Origin: Balanoglossus misakiensis
Lineage: Eukaryota; Animalia; Hemichordata
NCBI GenBank assembly: GCA_040954595.2
Contig: CM082578.2
Span: 2,586,831-2,650,830, forward strand
DNA: 64,000 nucleotides
Reading direction: 5' to 3'
Shown here piece by piece: positions 52,801-63,641 of the stretch. The position numbers and the translations under genes were made by a program. Within the stretch, counting starts at the first letter, position 1, and each line of letters opens with the position of its first letter. Under the pieces are notes generated by a model. It was not told where the DNA came from and made no database searches. It saw only the letters and a list, made by a program, of their open reading frames with translations.

Positions 52801-52912
52801 ACTGTGGTGACACGCGTACGCGCGCCAGGTCGCGCGTTCAGTCAAATTTTAGGGGCGCGTTTGTCTGAAAAGGGGGCGAATCGCGCGTTCGCGCGCCCTG
52901 GAGAAAACACTG
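49866..52912 (-). mobile_element. Autonomous hAT transposon with 6-bp TSD
   Basis: Perfect 16-bp TIR CAGTGTTTTCTCCAGG. TSD CCATTC at 49860-49865 and 52913-52918. Removing it restores DIRS pol LNSWNGRAIH. Confidence 0.95.
50180..52423 (-). CDS. hAT transposase (ZNF862/ZMYM1-like, TTF-type zinc finger), 747 aa from the ATG at 52423, intact and intronless
   Basis: WL...CKVC...HAENGKH zinc finger, DESTD, SDGASVM, HCVAH, DVRW and the CERGFS dimerisation motif. No stops. Confidence 0.95.
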   Translation of the reverse strand: MKRNRLITSFFKHGSGEGSSLTEKNDQQSNCDVPFTDVSRDVQTVGTAAESENLGTEKTCDEVDSDSDDDGGQLSTKKRKKESRWQDCWQRVYPWLEKPEGDHGMRCKVCRDAGKDNSFTSEKGCTNFRTSTLRRHAENGKHKDALVEMSLRSNLKTAVSNAVTQKEDAILVAMKAVYWLAKEAVATDKYASLLDLLTAARCEPVNHLDAGKNATYRSHTTAEELQQAIADTIKADVVEQIKNCEFYSLLTDESTDISTSGRLVVYVRCVTGNFDVASHFLGDFYIVEKDASSLTEKLIETVDENRLEKAKMIGFGSDGASVMTGAKNGVSAKLKDVNPFLLNIHCVAHRLALCTSQAASSVEYLKEYKTILTNLFYYFKQSSLRSSRLKEVEDMLESPRLKVKEIHDVRWFAFYDALQTVYRSWNALVTYFDGQSSSKDPKAVGLYNKLTQYKFLAVMYFLMDVIPIVTRLNLIFQKDSIDIAAIQPTVATTIDQLTQIKDGTVTGFYTSKLAEDLDTDNNCTLMGHNIVNKGKQEKLVSDVKAAFVGNLIDNIKTRFPTEGTGVISAFDVLAMRDISFVAKEQLSNHGNDKLEILIAHFGTERINKEGQVCSPIIKPDETRYEWSVIKSLVLQQAYPRDDFVTLWKFVQSNHKDTVPNLIVLAKIAVVLPVNTAICERGFSAQNKVKTSLRNRLEESAINRLLTILIEGPPLLEFNGEKALKLWKNAKSRRIFSVHAVSGSSSQA

Positions 52913-54021
52913 CCATTCCAGGAGTTGAGGGCATTCAGCCACCACTCTAAATTGAGAGTGGTTGATTCGTCTATTGTCATCATATCTTCCCATGACGGTC
53001 GTCGTGCAAGCTGTCGATAAAGGTTCCGAAGCAGAAGTTTTCCGGGTAGAATGGCCTTTGTCATTGCCACATATTGTCCGGCTATTCTGGCCAACACTCT
53101 GGCTGTACCAGTACCCTTGTTGAGTGCTCTCTTGATGTCGTGTTTCAGCTTTTGTACTCTGTCCGATGGGATTTTTATCATTGGATACCCATCTGGGCCT
53201 ACTGAACATATTTTGTACCCGATAAAGTCTTTTGTCTGACTGGAAACCAATGAAGACTTATCCCAGTTTATTACCCAGCCCAATGCGGTTAGTGTCTGTA
53301 TCACCCTTTCTTTGTGTGTATCGATGCATTGTTGCTGTGCCATCACCAAAATATCATCAACATATATGACTAACCTCACACCATTGTCTCGGAGGTTTTG
53401 TACAACTGGGCGCAATGTCTTGTAAAAGAAATAGGGACTGGCACTGAGTCCAAAAGGTAACACTTTCCATGTATAATAAAGTTCTTTCCAGTAAAACCCT
53501 AGAAATGACTGATGTTCACGGTGCACTGGAATATAGTGAAAACCATTCTTAATGTCTAAAGTTATCAAATGATCATTCGGTTGTCATGAATAATCTTTAT
53601 AACCGTGTTAATGTCTTCAAACTGAAACTTTGCTGGGTTGCAATAAGAGTTCAACTTGTGTAAATCAACAATCAAACGCAACTTTCCTCCTTTCTTGGGT
53701 ACACACCCTATGGGAGATACACACTTGGGTTTAACCATAGACTGTTCAATAGCACCTGATCTCAATAAATCACTTATCTCATCTGAAACGAATGTCTCTT
53801 GGGCATGAGAAAGATTACGATTGTTCAGTTCGAAAACTGGTGGCTCAGTAATAAGGGGTAACCTTACCCCTTCGACTATCCAGTCTGTTATCACTGCTGA
53901 GGTGCCAATATCTTTCCAAGCGCCACTAAAGTTGGAAATATTTGCTGCTTTAAATTTACTGAAACAGCACATAATAAGAAACGCGAAATGTTAATCATTG
54001 AATAAAGTTACTTGTTCGCGT

Positions 54022-54996
54022 TCAACTAATCGCCATAGGATCCACCATTTCCTTGGCTGCCCTGTTGGGAATTTCCTTGCTGACTCTCTTGAGGGCGCTG
54101 TGTAGGGACTGCTCGATTAGCGAACTGTTGATATACACATCACTGTTGTAATTATATCGCCGTTGTGAGCGATTTCCCCGACTATCTCGGCGATAACCTT
54201 GGCTGGGTTGCTGTTGGTCTCTGGGCGTTGTACCCGCTGCTGCGAGCTGTGTAGCGGTACGTAAACTTGCCAAGGCCTCGGGAGATAGGCCGGAAGTATG
54301 ACTTTGAAGAGATCTGAAAATGCGGGATGTATTTCTATTGTACTGTCCCTGCACCACTAAAGCTGCGTATTCGTCTTGCAAGTATTTAAGATGGGCTAGC
54401 TGGATCGTAAATAAATCTTGCAGATCTTCCTCTCTAATAGTCTGAGTGGTAACTGTACTCAGAAGTCTAAATGATGTCTCTAAATATCTTGCCGATTTAC
54501 TTACAATATTGTAAGTTGGTTGATCGTCACGCTTGATACCACGTTTACTGTCCGCTAACTTCAATTCTGAGGGTAGACAGATTTTCGTTAAAGAGTCTTT
54601 CAGGGTGTTGAAATCTCCCTGCACATCTCCAGAGGCGTAGTTTGTAGCTACGGGGCTGGAGTTCCCTTGCGGAGTTTCTGTCTGGGCTGAAGGCAGCTGA
54701 CTTGTCTGATCCGGTTGATCTGAGGTCACAGTGCTGGATGCACGTTGGTACGTATAACTTGATGCAACATGGCGGGTATCACCACCTATGGCGCCAAAAC
54801 TTTGGTGTCGACGAGTTTGATCTTGGAACTGAACCTTTTCTTCTATCCGGTTGATTTGTTGATGCACCTGATCATTGTCTTTCTCGATGTCGTCTAGTCG
54901 CTCTCTAATTCCATCTAAAGCCGTCAAAATTTGACTCTTCCCCGACCCCTCGGTCATTATGTTTCTGTCCAGCGTAAGCGCACTGGGCAAGAACAA
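54022..54996 (-). CDS. DIRS gag-like ORF
   Basis: A 324-aa ORF directly upstream of pol, with an N-terminal coiled coil and an R/Q-rich C-terminus. Called from position. Confidence 0.75.
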   Translation of the reverse strand: MFLPSALTLDRNIMTEGSGKSQILTALDGIRERLDDIEKDNDQVHQQINRIEEKVQFQDQTRRHQSFGAIGGDTRHVASSYTYQRASSTVTSDQPDQTSQLPSAQTETPQGNSSPVATNYASGDVQGDFNTLKDSLTKICLPSELKLADSKRGIKRDDQPTYNIVSKSARYLETSFRLLSTVTTQTIREEDLQDLFTIQLAHLKYLQDEYAALVVQGQYNRNTSRIFRSLQSHTSGLSPEALASLRTATQLAAAGTTPRDQQQPSQGYRRDSRGNRSQRRYNYNSDVYINSSLIEQSLHSALKRVSKEIPNRAAKEMVDPMAIS

Positions 54997-55074
54997 TGTA
55001 TTAGTGCGACAAGTGTCGCACTACAACTATCCAACAGTGTATTACTCCGCCTGACTACAGAAACCTGTCCTTAA

Positions 55075-55256
55075 AGGTATACGGTCACCCACTGAAAATT
55101 AGCTATAGTTACCATAGCAAAATGAGATCTAGCCAATCACTGATTTTCAGTGGGTGGCACACGGGAAAAAAGGGCGCCACCATATGTTCTTTAGAATGCC
55201 CAAATACGCCATTTCAGCCATATATGGGCGTATAAATTGGAGGTGACTGTATACCT
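55075..55256. mobile_element. Kolobok-type MITE, copy 3
   Basis: Homologous to 20683-20869, with TTAA at the left flank. Confidence 0.8.
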
Positions 55257-57089
55257 TAAATAGAGAGGTGTCGATAATGACAGGTTTCACTGTACCGTTT
55301 AGCGTAGATGTGCCTTTTTCTTGTCACAACTGTCAAAAGTGATAGATAGTCCAAATTATAACAGATGGTATGCACATTTTGAAAAGACACACATATTTAA
55401 GGCATGTTTGAACTGAAATATTTTTATTGAAAATGACTCAACTCTGCTGACCTGTTTTTGCATTTCACAGGAATATGGTAGACAGAAGACCGTGGCATTG
55501 GTCGTCAACAAATTCATTGAATTTTTACACTGTTACAGCAGCTATGACCAGAGTAAAGCAACAACACTGCTGGAAAAACATGCCAACATTTTACAGTGAG
55601 TATGCACGCAACAGTTGCTATTTCATGTGCATTGTTGAAAAGATAAGAATCCATCCAATTAGCAATATGTGCATTGACTACATATGTATCAGTGTTTTTG
55701 CTAAGGCCGGGGAACACTAGTAACGCTTCTGCTTAAACTATGACTGCATTGATATACCAAGGGGAACCCCGGTAAAATGACTGGGGAACCCTACTAACAT
55801 TTACCTTGGTACCGCCCTTAACAAAAACACTGATACTGTTGAAAATAATGCAAAAAAGGCAGCTATCGGAGCTTTAGTAATAATTGAAATACATGTAGTG
55901 TGGAACAATTCTTCCTTCGTTGCATACACTGTACTGATTACTGTTTACTCCTTGTTTCCATAGTGATCTGTGTAACTACTACCCTGACCTGTCCATATTG
56001 AAGGCCCTAGGCCCTAGTTGCCAGCGTTGCACTGCCCAGCAGAAGTGCCAAGGATTCCCAGGCCAATGTCACTATGGCAACCCAGGTCACAAGGGGGTCA
56101 AGCATTGGTGCATTCAGTGGTATGGTCTCCTCATCGACCTCCGCCCACTGGTCCAAGTCGGATGTCACACCACTCAAAATGAAACTGGGTTCGGGCAGTA
56201 GTCTTGAAGGTAAATTTTTCATTCCTTATTTTTTGCAGTATTTAATGCACTTGTCACTATTGCAAAATGTAAGCGTTCGCAGAATTTATGCCCAAATGTG
56301 CAAGAATCCTGTGTTTGAGACAAGCTGAATAGCCAGAATGCGTATAGTCTTCCAGAGGACGCCCTACATGTAATCTGATAATTCTACAGAGTTTCAACCT
56401 CGGTGGTTTGCCCACGTCAGACAAGCAGACGTGCCATGGGCTTTCAAGTGAAAAACTTTGCAAAGGCTGCCAACAGGTGCTATTATGTACTCAATCCAGT
56501 CTATTGTCTCATTTTGATCATTGACGAATGGTATGACTTGCAACAGATATGAATATTATTGAGTATGAATATAAATTAGCATATATATTAATCAGCAATC
56601 TGTACTCTTGTCTGGGCAGAATCCTGAATCTGAAAACCAGATTAACATTTGACAGAAACTACATCAAATTTGTTGCAGTTTTACAAAGTTCTTGTTTTCT
56701 GTTTTTCACAGAGATACTTGAAGGGCTTCAAGAATTGGATGACATTTCCAAACGGAAAGTGGATACCTTGCATTATTTCACCGTAAGTTTACTCTGAAGT
56801 TTTGTCACTTTCACAGCCAACATTTGGTTCAGTTCCAAAGCTTGAATTACTCTGGCATTGCTTGAAGACCTGCATAAGTTTCATTTGGGATTTCCGAATT
56901 CAACAAAAGCACCAACCAAAGTTTCTCATCGTTTTCCTTAGGAACTAAGAATATTGTAAGTGAAATTCAATTGAATCATGATTTTGTGTGCCAATAATCA
57001 TATAAATTTGCTGTGTGTTTTTTCATGACAGACTGAGTTGATGCAGCTCATGAGTGACGGTTACAGTCAATGCAGTAGTGAAGCGTATA

Positions 57090-58878
57090 CAGACCCGCCA
57101 ATAAGTATTTACGCACCCACGTTCTGCAGCGAAAACGTTTCAGAAACATGAAATAACACACCTTGCAGACAGTTTTTAGCGAAAATTCAAAAATATTTAA
57201 TAAATTCACGAGAAATAACAGTTGTACAGCAAAAATCTTTCATGTGCGATTAAATTTGAGTGAGAAATAGCGACGTAAAATTAGATATGCGACGGAGTCG
57301 GCGAAACGTTCCATTCTCTATGGGAACAACAATGCAAAGAACTTCATGAATATTCATGAGGTGAAATCGAATGTAACAACTGTCAATAATGGGTATGTCC
57401 ACCCCTTCTCCTGATGACCTCTCGCAGGCGCTTCGGCATAGTGTCGACGAGTTTCCGACACATATTTTGCTGAAATTGTTCCCACGATGTCACTATGCGG
57501 TTAAAAAGGTCGTCGATGCTGTGCATTGGACGGGAATGAACGTCCAAGTCGATTAACTCCCACAGGTTCTCGATGGGGCTCAAATCTGGAGACTGGGCTG
57601 GTCACTCCAACGTAGTAAAATTGTCGAACGGATAGCCGTAATCCTGGGGATTTTGCAGAAATGATTTCACAGCCAAGGCAGTATGTACGGGGGCATTGTC
57701 CTGCTGGAACACAAAGTCGGGCCCGACGAGTCTCAAAGCCGATGGTAGCATTTCGTTTTGTAGAACGTCCAGGTACTTCCAGCGATTCATGGTGTTCTCG
57801 ACTCGGACGAGCGAACCCACACCTGCAGCCGAGAAACAACCCCAAACCATGACACTGCCACCACCAAACTTTACTGTGGGAATGATACAGTCAATTTCGT
57901 ACTCCTCGCCGGGTCGCCGTCTAACGAAAACTCTCCCCCGGCTCCTGTACACGGTGAACTTCGACTCGTCCGACCAAACAACCCGGGACCACTGAACAGG
58001 AGTCCAGTTGACGTAACGCCGGGCGAAACGTAGTCGCGCTGCGATGTGCCTGGGTTGTAATTTCGGCTTTTTCTTGGCCACACATCCACGGAGTCTGGCT
58101 CCTCTATACAATCGAGATTTGATGGTACTCATACTCAAAAGTTTCCCGGTATCCTCGTGAAACTTAGCGTGGAGGTCACGGGCCGTCTTAAACCTGTCCG
58201 TCAGGCTTGATCTAATCAACATTCGGTCTTCCCGTTCAGTTGTTCGCCTTGGCCGTCCAGATCGGTGTAAATTGTCCGTGCTACCATTTTGAACAAGTTT
58301 ACAAATGTTGTACCTGACGCTGCCTTCGCTGATTCCGAGCTGCCTTGCGATTTCCCTGTTCCTCAAACCTTGCCTATGCAGTGCCTCAATTTGACCTTTC
58401 ACAAATTCAGGAAGTTCGCGAACTTTGGGCATGGTTTCATTGATCCAATGTTTACAAACAAAAATTATGCAGCAACCTCCGACGACCTCGATCAGAATAT
58501 TCATAAGCAAGTCTGGCAGATTTTCCCGCCCCCAAATTTAATCGTAATTATATTTAAAAGCTCTGATTGGTGGAGATTTAAATATGAATAGAGGGAAATT
58601 AGCCACGGAAACAATGGCGCGAAAAGTTAATGAGATGCAAATGATATGTTAATGAGTATACCGCCATTGCAATAACCACAGGAATTTTCACTGGCCGGAA
58701 AACTCGCCGCGTATGCAGTCAAATTCGGCGCGGCAACACATCTGTGTTGACTAAAATGGGTTAAACCTTCCGTAGGTTATTTATTTTCGGAAATAAGTTA
58801 CAGTCGATCGATTTTGTGAATAATTTTTCATGTCAAACGTACATTTTCAAGGTGCGTAAATACTTATTGGCGGGTCTG
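57090..58878 (-). mobile_element. Full-length Tc1-like transposon inserted in an INTS1 exon
   Basis: Perfect 28-bp TIR CAGACCCGCCAATAAGTATTTACGCACC. TA TSD at 57088-57089 and 58879-58880. The flanks rejoin as exon peptide SEAY-TLIMRH. Confidence 0.97.
57383..58432 (-). pseudogene. Tc1 transposase with one nonsense mutation (W>TGA at 57602-57604); DD42E spacing
   Basis: HTH domain, GRPR, WSDESKF, VMVWGCF, FQQDNAPVH, LE*PAQSPDLSPIENLW, GGHTHY C-terminus. Confidence 0.95.
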
Positions 58879-59367
58879 TACATTAATCATGAGACATATC
58901 AGACAAAAACCAAGATATGTAGACATTTAAAAGCTCCAATAGCTCTTACTTTTGGCTTGTCTTTCATTATATTTATGTTTATCTGGAATCTCCTGTTTAA
59001 CTTATGAAAATATTCATTATGCAGTTGTTACATATGATACATGTTGCACGTAAAATTACCTAACAATAAAATGTGGTTGTCGAACATTGCTCCCAACTTA
59101 ATGACAATACGCAATACGATAGAATTTTTACTCAGTAACTTACTATCCTCATTTTCCCATCGTCTTGGAAGGGCATATGAAAAAGGCATATCGATTATTG
59201 GTACTCCACTTATCAGACTTTCTACTGTTTGTCAACAGCACTGCCAAGGAACTCCTGCCAGCCATCATTGATTGTCTGGATAGCAGTGACCAGAGTGTCG
59301 TCAATGTAGCTTTACAACATCTACCTGAGTTTGCTCTGTTGTGCCAAGGTGAGGCCTATTATAAGTT

Positions 59368-59674
59368 AATCTCAGTAACCCAGACTTCTGTGGGTGCTCC
59401 CACTGCACTACACAGAGAGAGTCTGGGGAAATACCACAGAACAATTTGTAAAAAAAAATGGCCGCTGTCAGGATTTCGGACAGCCGAGAGTCACTTACTA
59501 CATGTTGCATTGCCATTTTAGTCGAGTTGCAGTGACCCAGGTCATACTGACAGATCAGCCAATCAGCGACTGTCTGAAATCTCGACAATGGCCATTTTGT
59601 TTTACAATACATTCAATGGTATTTCCTCATACTCTTTCTCTCTGTACCCAGAGAAGTCTGGGTAACTGAGACTA
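59368..59674. mobile_element. Foldback MITE
   Basis: TAATCTCAGTAACCCAGACTTCT / AGAAGTCTGGGTAACTGAGACTA, with further internal inverted symmetry. Confidence 0.7.
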
Positions 59675-60280
59675 ATCATTAGTCTGTTGTTAAATTCCTA
59701 AAATATTAACATGTTCCCTTTCTGAAGCAAAACAAGAAAGTATTACTAGGTCTGCAATGTCAGTTTTAATAGTCTGGTCCCCCCAAACCACTGTTGTGCT
59801 CACGGAAAGTGTTAGCTTTGCTCCCTTCTATCCATGGCTGCCATTGGCCAACGTATCAAGCATTCTGATCAGCAAATAGAGATTTCTTTTGTGAGATTAT
59901 TCCAAGTTTCAAATAATGAAGAATTTACATTCACGAACGTAAAATGAAACATGAACTAGTCTGTCAATTGAAATGTTTCATAAATTTGCACTGTTTTCAC
60001 AGCACTAAATCTTCTTGACTTTTACATCATGCAATAGCAGGCCCTCCATAGACATTATGTGTAGAGCATCCAAACCCCAAGTAAAGCACGTGTTAAACAC
60101 ATAGTGTGACATCCAGCCTACTAAGTACAGCCGAAAATGCTTTATAGTGGAGCATAGTTCTGTATAGTTTTACGTCTGATTCTTTCAAGCGTGACATCCA
60201 ATATACACATTTTCGCCACTAGGGGCGCCCCGCGTCCGCCATTGCCGTTTGGAAAGTTGTCGCAGGTAAGCGATTTTCTG

Positions 60281-60720
60281 CTCTTTATACCTAGTCAGAA
60301 ACCTTTTCGCATTTAAGACTATGATCAACGAACAACTATTATAACAAAGCGCCACCGTGTAAAGTTTCGATACACTAGTCGCAGTAGTTTTTTCAGAGAT
60401 CTTCGCCAAAATTTGATTTACCGTGTGCATGCGGTATACTTTCCTATACTGTACACAGTAAACACTGGAACGCAGTCGTACCTCGTATTACGTTTTTCTT
60501 CTCTTTATACCTAGTCGGAAACCTTTTCGCATTTAAGACTATGATCAACGAAGAACTATTATAACAAAGCGCCACCGTGTAAAGTTTCGATACACTAGTT
60601 GCGGTAGTTTTTTCAGAGATCTTCGCCAAAATTTGATTTACAGTGTGCATGTGGTATACTTTCCTATACTGTACACAGTAAGTAAACACTGGAACGCAGT
60701 CGTACCTCGTATTACATTTC
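60281..60720. repeat. 220-bp tandem duplication
   Basis: CTCTTTATACCTAGTC at 60281 and 60501, with near-identical continuation. Confidence 0.9.
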
Positions 60721-62013
60721 CGTTTGTACACTCGCACGGTGCATTTCTAAATCACTTCGACAAAATTTGGAAACCGTGTGAATTCCTACATGCATTGGCC
60801 GGTGTACGATGCACAGGAAAATGCAGTTCACTGAATGTCTCACATCACAAGCCGCCCACATGATTTCCCTTTGCACATCAATTATGTAGCATTACAGAGT
60901 ACAGACAAGATGTACATTTGTATATTAAATACTTTTAGACAACAGTGGACGAAAGGAAGAAAAAAGCAAAGGTTTTCCGCCTTTCTCCACAAATGCAAAA
61001 TTACAAAATTATACCTTCAAGCCTTTTTATGCATAGTTTGCTGTCACTGACTGTTGATCTTTCTCTCAATTGTTTCTATTTTAGGATCATCTGTTTGACA
61101 TTGAAAATAGGAGGAGGACTGCCAAACACAAACCCATTGGTTTGTCAGACCAGCATGCTACATCAAAGTTAATGAACGAACACTGGCAGTATACAGGATG
61201 AACAGTAATGCAACATAAACTTAAAGATGTATGGATTTGGAAAATTGAAAGAATTGTCATCTTTCACTTGCAAATGTTTAACTTCTCTGTAATACTTTAG
61301 TATTATCAAAATTTGTAATAAAATTCAGAGGTCAGAGTGCAAGTTATTGAAATATGAGGCAGTGAATTTAACTGACAAGGCCAGGAAAAAAAAATTAATA
61401 GTTCATTGGAATTTTTTTCTTTGAGAGAATTGGTTTTGCTAGATGGGCGTTTGGATAGTTGTATTATCTATAGCTTGTAGACACCATTTGTTGTTTGGAA
61501 ATGTTTGTTTTGCTGCACACAATTCACCCTTTTGGGAAAAAATTACAATCTCTCAATGTTTCTGAAGCCTGACCAAAACATCTGATGAACAAGATTTTTA
61601 TTTCTCAGTTCTGATAAGAAAAATAGTCAGAATTCTTTTAACCAGTGGTTTTTCTATCTTTGAAAACATCCAGTTTATCTCCAAATTAAGTGTGCTGACC
61701 ATGTAGTTTTATTTGAACCGTGAATGTAATTGTCCTGGTTAATGTGTGTGCAAAATTTTAAGAAAATGACAAGTAGGTTTTTTAGCAACTTTTAGTGTAT
61801 TCCTGTGGGAAGAGTCAAGTTGGCACGCACATGCTTATAAGCCAGCATATCACACCCAAGTAGAAAGAACATTTCTGAACATTGGTTTACCATTTGTGCA
61901 GACTGTATATAATAAACAATGTTTGACTGAATATATCTTAGGTCATTGAATACTGGGACCACACAGTCAGTTCACACCCATCATGGTGTTTTGTCAAGTA
62001 AACTGTCTCTTTA

Positions 62014-62632
62014 AAGCCCAGTAACAGCCACTTTTCAGGACCTTTTTCACTGTTTTTGTATCAATTGAAAATTCTTGTTCTCCCCTCAAAAACATGTTTA
62101 TTCAAACAGTATTCAGCTTGTAAACTTGTATACTGCATTGTTATTGTTGACAAGAATGTCAGCAATAACTGCAGTTTCCATGTATAGACATTAAATTGCA
62201 AAGTTCAATATTGGGTATTATATTATACCAGTATATTGATGGTGTAAATCACGCTATTTGATTGGTCGAGACACGAAACGTGACCGTGATATATTAGCAA
62301 TATACCACAGTCATATATCATAGTCAAAGAAAATGCCTTTTTAAAATGTTTTATGCAAAGTTTCAATATACTGGCATAATATAATAGCAATAAAACACCC
62401 CCGGCCATGGTATACCACTCGATTTTGACCAGTTCAACTCCATATACGCACTCCCTATTGCTCGTGCATATATGTCATGAACTGGTCAAAATCTCGTGGT
62501 ATACCATGGCTGGGGGTGTTTCATTGCTTAATTTGAACATGCTATCAGGAACCAAATGAGAATTTGTAATTGACACAAAAAATAAACACAAATACTGAAA
62601 AAAATCACCAAAAGTGGCTGATTCTTGGGCTT
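62014..62632. mobile_element. Degenerate TTAA MITE with a nested hairpin element (~62224-62530)
   Basis: AGCCCAGTAACAGCCACTTTT / AAAAGTGGCTGATTCTTGGGCT ends, with an internal palindrome at about 62394-62521. Confidence 0.55.
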
Positions 62633-62924
62633 TTATGTAATTTCACATTACCATTGGCAAAACACTTTTCTTATGCTTCCGAAAGCAGCTTTATAATAAA
62701 AACATAACAATCATGAAAGAAGAACAAAGCAGATTTTGATAAACACAAAACTTTAATGACTACTGTGTCATGATTATAAACATCCTTATGCAATAAAAAT
62801 ATGAATAAAAACAAGTCCAAATGGTGTTTATTGATTACTATGCTGAATGAATCCCAAGTCAGAGCTATTAGGCTGAAGCCTACAAAAGCCAGTTTACAAT
62901 ATCCCTATAAAGATGAAAGACCCA

Positions 62925-63476
62925 TCAATACTTTGTCATGGTAACACAAGGCAGCTGATACAGAACTGAGCATCTTAAATGTACTTGTACTTGCATGTAC
63001 AAATGAGAGCTATCATTAGAGTGGACAAGCAGGTGAGACTTAGTCTTGTACACACTCTTAACACCAAAGGTCTTTCCATATTTATTGCATGTAAATTTGG
63101 CAATATGGAATGATCTGTGATGCTGTTGCATGCCCAACTTCGAAGGATATTTTTTCCCCCACAAATATGACATAGGTGAATTTCATCTTAGTGTTTAGCT
63201 TCATGCCATTTCATACCAAGATAAGATTAGCAGAAAATCCACAAACTTGCGGCGCACAAAACCTCTCTTTGTATGTGAAGATTTATGTTCATCAAGCCTC
63301 ACCCTCTCATGAAAACCTTTACCACAAAAAGAACACCAGTATGGGAAGGTATTTGTATGTACTCTGAAATGTTTGCATAGTCCAGTACAAGTCTTAAATG
63401 TCTTTTGGCACACATTGCAGACTTTTTGCATAGTTCAGGGATTGGCTGCTCTGCCACTATCCACAGAATGGCTTGC
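62925..63476 (-). pseudogene. Degenerate C2H2 zinc-finger terminal exon
   Basis: Acceptor TTTTCCAG at 63477. Fingers CNVC...HFRVH and CSFC...HKSSH, then broken fingers (...QQHHRSFH, CNKY...HLLVH). An in-frame TGA precedes the first finger and frameshifts follow. Confidence 0.8.
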
Positions 63477-63641
63477 CTGGAAAAGAAAGAAAAAACATAA
63501 AGCATCACTTACTATCATATGGTACTCATCACAGGCGTGATGTGGAATGGGTAACTGTGTACCAAATTTACGTTCTTCGACGTTGTGTAATTTGTAAATA
63601 ACAGGACGTCAAGGAACACACTGTTGCCTCACTATCAAATC

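Larger units (their letters stand above)
49040..53972 (-). pseudogene. DIRS pol: reverse transcriptase, RNase H and DNA N6-adenine methyltransferase-like domain
   Basis: RT motifs KLRLIVDL, VLPFGL, YVDD (53972-52913, frameshift near 53567). After the hAT insertion: RNase H ETDAS, NYRELMAI, LTDN, ADRLSR. MTase-like IDRFAS, GIDAL, FVNAPF, PYWPAQAWF. Confidence 0.9.
46773..55062 (-). mobile_element. DIRS-order tyrosine-recombinase retrotransposon, inactive, interrupted by two hAT-like elements
   Basis: Order gag - RT - RNase H - adenine methyltransferase - tyrosine recombinase on the minus strand. Termini are approximate. Confidence 0.92.
11935..59348 (+). pseudogene. INTS1: Integrator complex subunit 1, C-terminal half; unprocessed pseudogene or decayed duplicate
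   Basis: Exons: 11935-12046 (duplicate 12454-12565), 12960-13118, 13739-13811, 18860-19035, 19811-19937, 20554-20622, 20997-21176, 21615-21747, 22288-22413, 22904-23057, 23632-23883, 24111-24198, 24574-24785, 42990-43176, 55471-55595, 55964-56209, 56712-56782, 57032-57089+58881-58914, 59239-59348. Recognised INTS1 peptides: AFLVDTSEEALLLPDWLKLRMIRS, LFVQSFGIPV, GLLIDWLELLDPE, LDFLWACIHIPKLWQGRD, LGLLELLQPYVF, LPEFALLCQ. Lesions: TGA 21681, TAA 42991, frameshifts near 19818 and 56004, a Tc1 inside an exon, and donor GT>AT at 58915. Confidence 0.93.

Noticed and set aside
55690-55832. Second copy of the small CAGTGTTTTTG MITE as a fifth 6-bp TSD example
   Set aside because: The flanks ATGTAT and ATACTG do not match, so it was not counted.
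57602-57604. TGA at a conserved Trp, suggesting an alternative genetic code
   Set aside because: Other Trp codons in the element are TGG and TGA terminates the intact hAT ORF, so this is a single G>A change.
60003-60037. Short acceptor-led frame ALNLLDFYIMQ* as the INTS1 terminal exon
   Set aside because: The resemblance to the human C-terminus is weak and short, and the preceding conserved residues are absent.
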